Part shown: piece after piece, positions 57,943 through 64,000 of the stretch
Layout: every line of letters begins with the position of its first letter
Numbering within the stretch: position 1 is the first letter of the stretch
Source: a virus
Direction: 5' to 3' (one strand)
Length of the DNA stretch: 64,000 bases
IMG/VR virus record: IMGVR_UViG_3300025151_000017
Location: 52,942-116,941 of that record
Program-made: the position numbers and the translations under genes
The notes under the pieces: generated by a model
Databases searched by the model: none
Told to the model about the DNA's origin: nothing
The model's input: only the letters and a program-made list of their open reading frames with translations

Positions 57943-58582
57943 AATAATTAATCATTCAAAAGGATCGTACTCCGATCTATTAAACGAGATTGCATACTGT
58001 GCTAGAGTATCCAATCCTGGCAACCAACACAACGAAGAAACCAGTGAAAAATTACTTCGATATTTAATTAAACATAAACACTGGTCGCCTTTTGAAATGG
58101 TATCGGTGTGTTTAGAAATTAAAACTACTCGAGATATTGCTCGTCAGATATTAAGGCATAGAAGTTTCAGCTTTCAAGAATTTAGTCAAAGGTATGCCCA
58201 AGCTGATGTATTTATGCATAGAGAAGCAAGGAAGCAAGATTTAAAGAACAGACAAAACTCTACACAGTTTGAAGACCATGATATTATTAATTGGTTTCAT
58301 TATCAACAAGAACAAGTGTTAGGTAAAGTAAAAGATATTTACCAAACAGCACTTGATAAAGGTATCGCAAAAGAACAAGCGAGGGCGATTTTACCAGAGG
58401 GTCTAACTGAAAGTACCCTATATATGAATGGTACTTTAAGATCTTGGATGCATTATATAGATCTAAGAACTGCTAATGGTACACAAAGGGAACATATGGA
58501 AATAGCAGGTGAGTGTGCGAAAGCTATCGAACCAATCTTTCCAATGATTAAGGAATTTAACCATCTTGAGGGAACTGATTAA
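57932..58582 (+). CDS. thyX: Flavin-dependent thymidylate synthase
   Basis: ARVS, HWSPFE, RQILRHRSFSFQEFSQRY, EQAR.ILP and Q.EH. Confidence 0.95.
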   Translation: MPAKIINHSKGSYSDLLNEIAYCARVSNPGNQHNEETSEKLLRYLIKHKHWSPFEMVSVCLEIKTTRDIARQILRHRSFSFQEFSQRYAQADVFMHREARKQDLKNRQNSTQFEDHDIINWFHYQQEQVLGKVKDIYQTALDKGIAKEQARAILPEGLTESTLYMNGTLRSWMHYIDLRTANGTQREHMEIAGECAKAIEPIFPMIKEFNHLEGTD

Positions 58583-59159
58583 AGATAAATTTGCTAAAAG
58601 CATGACGATGTTTTTTCGGTTTATAGCCGATACATTCTTCGCCAAGCGATATGGTCATAGGGCAGTAGTATTAGAAACTGTCGCAGCAGTGCCAGGAATG
58701 GTAGCTGGTGTATGGCTACATATGAAATCTCTTCGTAAGATGAAGACTGGTCTTGGTCCGAAGATTCGTGAGATGATGGAAGAAGCTGAAAACGAAAGAA
58801 TGCATCTAATGATTTTTATTGACATTGCCCAACCTACATGGCTTGAGCGATGGATAGTTTTATTTGCACAATTTATTTTTATAATTTTTTATTCACTACT
58901 TTACATCTTCTTTCCTAAAACTGCTCATCGTATGACGCATTACTTTGAAGAAGAAGCTGTAAAAAGTTATACGCAATATTTACATATGGTAGAGTCTGGG
59001 CAAGCAGATAATGTAGATGCACCACAGATAGCCATTGATTATTATGGTTTAGACCAAGATGCAAAACTAACTGATGTAATTAAGAAGGTAAGAGCAGATG
59101 AAGAAAAACACTCACTCGTCAATCTCCACTACTCGCACGAAGAGTACGAATTACAATAG
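58566..59159 (+). CDS. Alternative oxidase (AOX)
   Basis: LETVAAVPGMV, EAENERMHL, FEEEA..SY and VRADE..H. Confidence 0.93.
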   Translation: MRELIKDKFAKSMTMFFRFIADTFFAKRYGHRAVVLETVAAVPGMVAGVWLHMKSLRKMKTGLGPKIREMMEEAENERMHLMIFIDIAQPTWLERWIVLFAQFIFIIFYSLLYIFFPKTAHRMTHYFEEEAVKSYTQYLHMVESGQADNVDAPQIAIDYYGLDQDAKLTDVIKKVRADEEKHSLVNLHYSHEEYELQ

Positions 59160-59271
59160 AAGGAGTAAAAAATGGAAAGACCCTGTTGCTAAAGATTTAA
59201 GGACTCCCAAGTATAAGATGCGTGTAGTGCCGAACAAGAAAAAGCACTTACCACCTATCGAAGAGTTATAA
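59098..59271 (+). CDS. Small basic protein overlapping the AOX 3' end (57 aa, not in ORF track)
   Basis: MKKN...DPVAKDLRTPKYKMRVVPNKKK. Fills the gap up to the late promoter. Confidence 0.5.
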   Translation: MKKNTHSSISTTRTKSTNYNRRSKKWKDPVAKDLRTPKYKMRVVPNKKKHLPPIEEL

Positions 59272-59279
59272 ATATATAA

Positions 59280-60368
59280 ATGAAAATTAGAAAAGTAGAT
59301 AGAACACCATATAATGTGGAACTATTTGATGGAGAGTATCCTAAAGATAGATCTAAACTTGCGGAAGATGTGGTTGAGATATTTGAAACTCCACTAACTG
59401 GTTCATATAACTGGGACTATACAGTACAGGATAATCGCATTCGCAAACTGTATGAACTTGGTAAAAAACTGAACTGGAATGTAGAAGTCGATGTCGACTG
59501 GTCACCTGAGTATAAAGGTATGACCGAAGAAGAGTTTGAAATGGAAGATACTCAGTGGGATAAGCATCCAATATATAAAGGTTGGGATGCTAAAAAACGC
59601 ATGGAGTTTCTACACGATAATAATTCATGGGCACTATCCCAGTTTTTACATGGTGAGCAAGGTGCATTGTTAGTTGCTAGTCAGCTATGTTCCTGTGCTC
59701 CAACATTCAACGCAAAGTTGTATGCAGCAAGTCAGACCTTTGACGAAGCAAGACATGTAGAAGCATTTAACAAATACATACAAACAAGAATTAAAAAGTC
59801 ATGGCCAATCGGTAATGGCTTGAAAGGTTTACTTGATAAAATACTTACCGACCCAAGATGGGATCTTAAGTTTATCGGTATGCAAGTTATCATAGAAGGT
59901 CTTGCTCTGGCAGCATTCCAGGCATCCAAAGAGAGCAGTAGAGACCCAGTCTATAAAGAAATGATAGAATATATCATAAGAGATGAAGCAAGGCATGTGA
60001 CCTTTGGAATTAACTATTTACACGAGTATGTACAAACTTTGTCAGAAGAAGAACAACTAGATCGTGCTAAGTTTGCTCTTGAAGCATGTACTGTATCAAG
60101 ACATAGACTAAGACCTTTTGAAGTGTGGCGAAGATATGATTTAGATCTAGTAAAGACAGAAGAATATACCAAAGAGAATTTATTTCAGACACAGTTTCAA
60201 GATGTATTGTTCAGTAGAATAATGCCAAACTTAAAAAAGATCGGACTACTTCCTGACGAAGTTATTCCTGGATATGAAAAGTTGGGTGTATTAAAATACA
60301 CTGAAGCAGAAAGTGATTACGAATTAAACTGGGAAGAACTCAGTAAACCATTAAAGGAAGCTGTATAA
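59280..60368 (+). CDS. Ferritin-like diiron oxygenase (AurF-like)
   Basis: HGEQGAL, DEARH, IEGLAL and a second DEARH. TATAAATA at 59267-59274. Confidence 0.85.
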   Translation: MKIRKVDRTPYNVELFDGEYPKDRSKLAEDVVEIFETPLTGSYNWDYTVQDNRIRKLYELGKKLNWNVEVDVDWSPEYKGMTEEEFEMEDTQWDKHPIYKGWDAKKRMEFLHDNNSWALSQFLHGEQGALLVASQLCSCAPTFNAKLYAASQTFDEARHVEAFNKYIQTRIKKSWPIGNGLKGLLDKILTDPRWDLKFIGMQVIIEGLALAAFQASKESSRDPVYKEMIEYIIRDEARHVTFGINYLHEYVQTLSEEEQLDRAKFALEACTVSRHRLRPFEVWRRYDLDLVKTEEYTKENLFQTQFQDVLFSRIMPNLKKIGLLPDEVIPGYEKLGVLKYTEAESDYELNWEELSKPLKEAV

Positions 60369-60616
60369 TGCCACTATATAATATAAAACATAAAAAGACT
60401 GGTGAAGTAAAAGAATTATTTTGTAGTTATGATGACAAAGTAAAACACTTGAAAGATAATCCTGATTGGGAGTCTTGTATCTCAGCACCAAACATTGGAC
60501 AAGCTGGTGTGTTAGCTGGTACAAATACTAGAAAACATGCTACAGGTTTTAGAGATGTGCTTGAAAGAGTAAAGACCAAGAATGCAGGAAGTACGATAAA
60601 CACAGAAGTATTTTAA
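60368..60616 (+). CDS. Conserved small T4-like protein
   Basis: MPLY....TGE and GF.DVL.R. Confidence 0.65.
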   Translation: MPLYNIKHKKTGEVKELFCSYDDKVKHLKDNPDWESCISAPNIGQAGVLAGTNTRKHATGFRDVLERVKTKNAGSTINTEVF

Positions 60617-60619
60617 ATT

Positions 60620-61378
60620 ATGCCAAGAGCGAAAAAAGTAGAGGGGACTCCTTCTACTAAAGCCAAACTGAAGATCGGCGATCTAAGAAAAGTCGATCCT
60701 CTCAACGAAAGTCAGAAGAAGTTTTTTGACTTCTACAATGACTCATCTAAGCAAATCATCATGGCTCATGGTGTAGCTGGTACAGGTAAAACTTATATTG
60801 CTATGTATAAAGCATTAGAGTCTGTACTGAACAAAGAGTTTGAAAAAGTTTTGATTATTCGATCTGCTGTACAAAGTAGAGAGATTGGTCATCTGCCAGG
60901 AGATCTGGAAGAAAAGTTAGAGCAGTATCAGTTGCCATATAAACATATAGCATCTGCTCTGTTCACTAAGAAAGCAGATAACTTGGTATATCCCGACCCA
61001 TACGATAGGTTGATGTCGCAAGGTAATTTAGATTTTGCTTCTACATCTTTCGTAAGGGGATTGACATTTGACAACACTATTGTTATTGTTGATGAATGTC
61101 AAAATTTAAACTGGGAAGAACTTGACACAATTATTACTAGAGTGGGTGACCATTCTCGTATTGTGTTTTGTGGGGACTATCGCCAAACTGATTTAAGAAA
61201 AGGCACAGAAAGAGAAGGTCTTTTCAACTTCATGGAGATAGTCAGACATATGAATAGTTATGCTCGTGTCGAGTTTACTGTAAACGATATCGTCAGAAGT
61301 GACTTAGTAAAAGAATATATCATTGCTAAGATTACTGCTGAAGATACTAAACCTAAACAAAAAAGGAGTAAACGATAA
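60620..61378 (+). CDS. phoH: PhoH-family ATPase
   Basis: GVAGTGKT, IGHLPG, RGLTF, VDECQN, TRVG, GD..QTD and DIVRS. Confidence 0.95.
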   Translation: MPRAKKVEGTPSTKAKLKIGDLRKVDPLNESQKKFFDFYNDSSKQIIMAHGVAGTGKTYIAMYKALESVLNKEFEKVLIIRSAVQSREIGHLPGDLEEKLEQYQLPYKHIASALFTKKADNLVYPDPYDRLMSQGNLDFASTSFVRGLTFDNTIVIVDECQNLNWEELDTIITRVGDHSRIVFCGDYRQTDLRKGTEREGLFNFMEIVRHMNSYARVEFTVNDIVRSDLVKEYIIAKITAEDTKPKQKRSKR

Positions 61379-61506
61379 TGTTAGATATTCTATTCTGGTT
61401 GGCAGTCGGTGCTTTTATTGGTTGGAACTTTCCACAGCCTATCTGGGCAAGTTGGATTGAGTCAACTGTAAAAGGTTGGATTGCTAAAATTAATACTAAA
61501 AAATAA
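61378..61506 (+). CDS. Small membrane protein (42 aa, not in ORF track)
   Basis: AGGAG RBS; GAFIGWNFPQP.WA. Confidence 0.65.
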   Translation: MLDILFWLAVGAFIGWNFPQPIWASWIESTVKGWIAKINTKK

Positions 61507-61519
61507 TTAAGGAGATATT

Positions 61520-61750
61520 ATGCAAAAGATTATTGATTGGTTAAAATGTGCTGCAGCGAAAATCTTTCCTGCTCTTGATACAAATAAAGATGGTGTTATT
61601 AATGCCGATGACTTTAAGTATCTTGAAAAGAAAACGAAAGATGAACTTGAAGCACTAGGTCGTAAGATTGGTATTGAACTAGACAAGCGACAAACTAAAG
61701 CCAAGTTGATTGCTGCTTTGAAAAAAGCAAAAAAGAAATTAAAGGTGTAA
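61520..61750 (+). CDS. Small protein with EF-hand-like loop
   Basis: DTNKDGVINADD and TK.ELE..GR..GIELD.R.TK. Confidence 0.7.
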   Translation: MQKIIDWLKCAAAKIFPALDTNKDGVINADDFKYLEKKTKDELEALGRKIGIELDKRQTKAKLIAALKKAKKKLKV

Positions 61751-61852
61751 GTGGAGCAGTAAATGGTAAACAACCTCTTCGGTTTCGTAGGAGGAATGCG
61801 AAAGTTGTGCCATTCCACCCTTGGCACCTTTATAAATTTAAGGAGTAAATCT

Positions 61853-62299
61853 ATGTCATTTGACAGAGAAAAACTAAGAGAAGAACTCATTCGTGATGAA
61901 GGAGTTAAATTTGAAATCTACAATGACCATCTAGGTTATCCTACATTTGGTATCGGACACCTTGTCACAGAAGATGACGAGGAGTATGGTAAACCTGTAG
62001 GAACACCTGTATCAGAAGATCGTTGCTGGGAAGTATTCGACGAGGATGTAGAAAAGTTCGTGACGGAAGTCAAGAAAGTATATCCAGATATCGATAGCTA
62101 TCCTGATGTGGTTCAAAGAGTACTCATCAACATGTGTTTCAACATGGGAGCTCCCAGACTTGGGAAGTTTAAGAACATGAAGAAAGCTGTTGAAGAGGGC
62201 AACTGGGCACAGGCAGCAATTGAAGGAAGGGATAGTCGTTGGCATAAACAGGTACCAAATCGTGCTGAAAGACTTATGGTCGCTCTTGAAGAAGTTTAA
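61853..62299 (+). CDS. Lysozyme/endolysin (T4 e-like, GH24)
   Basis: DEG....Y.D.LGYPTFGIGHL, NM.FNMG and DSRW.KQVP.RA.RL. AAGGAG RBS. Confidence 0.9.
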   Translation: MSFDREKLREELIRDEGVKFEIYNDHLGYPTFGIGHLVTEDDEEYGKPVGTPVSEDRCWEVFDEDVEKFVTEVKKVYPDIDSYPDVVQRVLINMCFNMGAPRLGKFKNMKKAVEEGNWAQAAIEGRDSRWHKQVPNRAERLMVALEEV

Positions 62300-62303
62300 G
62301 GAC

Positions 62304-62332
62304 TTTACTTTTAAGAAAATAAAGAGTATCAT
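62304..62332 (+). promoter_or_regulatory. Promoter TTTACT-N17-TATCAT
   Basis: Same TTTACTTTTAAG start as the promoter family. Confidence 0.6.
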
Positions 62333-62419
62333 ATACAAGTACCGAAAAAGTACATCCAAGTGGGACGAGCAGTTCCACAAGGATAAAAATGGAAAGCCGA
62401 TTAATATTGAGAAATAGTT

Positions 62420-63070
62420 ATGTTTAATCATGTGCCTGTTGAAATAGGCAAACTTGTGCAGGTGAATGCCAGAGGTGGGAGATACTATGAAACTCCCACT
62501 GGGGCAAAATATCCATCAGTCACATCAGTCACTCGACTTCACAACCAAGAATCTATTCAAGCATGGAAAGATAAGGTTGGTGAAGAAGAAGCTAATAAAA
62601 TTTCAAGACGAGCACTCGCTCGTGGTAATACCATACATTCACTCGCAGAAAAATATCTTCTGAACGAGGGTGATAAGTCTGACGATTTTACTCGAAGTGA
62701 CTTCGGACAGATGATACCTTACTTGAACAAGATAAACAACATTCACTGTTTAGAAACTCAATTATATTCTGACCACTTACAAACAGCAGGAACTGTTGAC
62801 TGTATTGGCGAGTATGATGGTAAGCTGACTGTAATTGACTTCAAGACCTCTGCTAAACTAAAGAAGAGGGAATGGGTTAAAGATTATTTCATGCAATGTT
62901 CAGCCTATGCTGTTATGTATGAAGAAAGGACAGGAACACCTATTGAAAGGTTGCTCCTGATAATTAATGTTGAAGATGAAGGAGTCCAACTTATGGATGG
63001 TAAAAGGGATGACTACATCGGAGACTTTCTCGACTTGAGAGAAACATTTAGAAAAATGAAGGAGAAGTAA
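62420..63070 (+). CDS. PD-(D/E)xK exonuclease (Cas4-like phage exonuclease)
   Basis: YPSVT, RG..IH...E, AGTVDC, IDFKTS and Q..AY. Confidence 0.88.
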   Translation: MFNHVPVEIGKLVQVNARGGRYYETPTGAKYPSVTSVTRLHNQESIQAWKDKVGEEEANKISRRALARGNTIHSLAEKYLLNEGDKSDDFTRSDFGQMIPYLNKINNIHCLETQLYSDHLQTAGTVDCIGEYDGKLTVIDFKTSAKLKKREWVKDYFMQCSAYAVMYEERTGTPIERLLLIINVEDEGVQLMDGKRDDYIGDFLDLRETFRKMKEK

Positions 63071-63580
63071 ATGGTAAATCGTTTGACTGACCAAGTCTTC
63101 TACATTCGTGAGAATGACGACTGGGTCTTAAAAAGAACACAGGATCTGTTTAATGATAAGCAGGTAGTTGTGTTTGGATTGCCAGGAGCATTTACACCAA
63201 CTTGCTCGGCATTCCAGTTGCCTAAGTTTGAAGAGTTGTATGACAGCTTCAAAGACTTGGGTGTTGATGAAGTTTACTGTACATCAGTAAACGATTCTTT
63301 TGTTATGAATGCTTGGTTTGAACAACAAGGCATTACAAAAGTAAAAGCATTGCCAGATGGTAATGGTGACTTCGCAAGAAGTGTAAACATGATAAATGAC
63401 TTTACGAATCGTGGCTTCGGTATGCGATCGTGGAGATACTGCATGTTTGTTGAAAATGCTGAAATTAAAGTAAGATACACTGAATGGGGTGAGCCAGAAG
63501 CATGCCCAATCCAAGATCCATTCGAAGTATCTAGTGCTGAAAAAATGCTTGACGCACTTAAACATATGAAGGCAAACTAA
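63071..63580 (+). CDS. Peroxiredoxin (Prx5 type)
   Basis: LPGAFTPTCS, SVND.FVM.AW, DGNG.F and RSWRY. Confidence 0.92.
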   Translation: MVNRLTDQVFYIRENDDWVLKRTQDLFNDKQVVVFGLPGAFTPTCSAFQLPKFEELYDSFKDLGVDEVYCTSVNDSFVMNAWFEQQGITKVKALPDGNGDFARSVNMINDFTNRGFGMRSWRYCMFVENAEIKVRYTEWGEPEACPIQDPFEVSSAEKMLDALKHMKAN

Positions 63581-63750
63581 TGGAGTATGGATATCTACAA
63601 GCAGGTCTAGTCGACTTTGCAATGGTATTATTACTCCTTATCTTTTTGTTTAACACCAGCTGGTTTACTCTCTGGGGTATCTCAGGTGGGTTTAAAAAAT
63701 TCTTTTCTCGTAAGAAAAAGGATAAAGCAATGGATGATGGTGGATGGTAA
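63580..63750 (+). CDS. Small membrane protein (56 aa, not in ORF track)
   Basis: TAATG coupling and one TM. Confidence 0.55.
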   Translation: MEYGYLQAGLVDFAMVLLLLIFLFNTSWFTLWGISGGFKKFFSRKKKDKAMDDGGW

Positions 63751-64000
63751 ACGAATATGAAGATCCCCAAGTTTGGGGACAACCTGAAGAGATTGACGAA
63801 TGGTTTGTCAACTATGCCGAAGGTTGCCCTAACTTTGCACCAGATGTAAAGGCAGATCTATTAGCACTCAAAGATGAAACAAGAGTGTTAAGAGATGCTT
63901 ACTGCCTTGCTGCTGCATTGACAATTAACTCTAGAGAACTGGTACATGATATTACGCAAAGTATGATGTTTTTTCAGAAAGATCTATTCGTTAATTATGA
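63744..64000 (+). CDS. 3'-partial ORF, possibly AhpD-like
   Basis: Open to the window end. P.FA.D.K..L and LAAAL, near the peroxiredoxin gene. Confidence 0.35.
   Translation, partial: MVNEYEDPQVWGQPEEIDEWFVNYAEGCPNFAPDVKADLLALKDETRVLRDAYCLAAALTINSRELVHDITQSMMFFQKDLFVNY

Noticed and set aside
58566-59159. PTOX / cyanophage assignment
   Set aside because: The motifs match AOX rather than PTOX, and no photosynthesis genes are present in the window.
59172-59192. Mini-ORF MERPCC behind AGGAG
   Set aside because: Only six codons. The overlapping 59098-59271 frame explains the region better.
1154-62332. Dispersed repeats as CRISPR array or transposon ends
   Set aside because: They are widely spaced, match -35/-10 geometry and have no spacers or transposase nearby.
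62335-62417. c-di-GMP-I riboswitch suggested by AGTGGGACG
   Set aside because: The flanking GCAAAC/GCAAAGC elements and second stem are missing, and only short stems are present.
62420-63070. Cas4 as evidence of a CRISPR system
   Set aside because: It is the common stand-alone T4-like exonuclease, with no array or other cas genes.
648-63782. All minus-strand ORFs and most short alternative-frame plus ORFs in the track
   Set aside because: They are shadows of well-supported + strand genes, with no motifs or RBS. The 26177-26377 lipoprotein frame is the exception.
1-64000. tRNA or rRNA genes
   Set aside because: No cloverleaf with a T-loop consensus was seen in the few intergenic gaps.

Overview
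This 64 kb window comes from a large, AT-rich T4-like (Tevenvirinae/Kyanoviridae-style) myovirus. Essentially all genes are on the + strand, and a host among aquatic heterotrophic Proteobacteria is inferred. The core T4-type genes present are DNA polymerase gp43 (5'-partial), UvsX, gp41 helicase, gp61 primase, NrdA/NrdB, glutaredoxin, RNase H, ThyX, a DenV-like glycosylase, PhoH, lysozyme and spanins. The standout system is a six-gene block directly after the helicase (5085-10586): a TET/JBP-type dioxygenase, an FkbM methyltransferase, an aGPT-Pplase/amino-acid:DNA-transferase homologue, myo-inositol-1-phosphate synthase, a HAD phosphatase and a 5hmdU-kinase-like P-loop kinase. This reads as a DNA hypermodification pathway that may attach (methyl)inositol to a base. 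The dioxygenase and transferase end in a tail resembling the polymerase's clamp-binding motif. A second system is a dispersed type II fatty-acid/polyketide toolkit: an ACP domain, AcpS, FabF/B, FabI, a MaoC dehydratase, a desaturase and several oxygenases. Also present are a CsgF/CsgG/curlin/FecR/CHASE2-cyclase locus, putative capsid-targeted injected enzymes, AOX/cytochrome c/IscU/Prx, a conserved sigma70-like promoter family that appears to give many leaderless mRNAs, several structured non-coding elements, and apparent avoidance of a few short motifs. No tRNA, rRNA or CRISPR array was seen. All family assignments are by motif recognition only, and no database searches were run.
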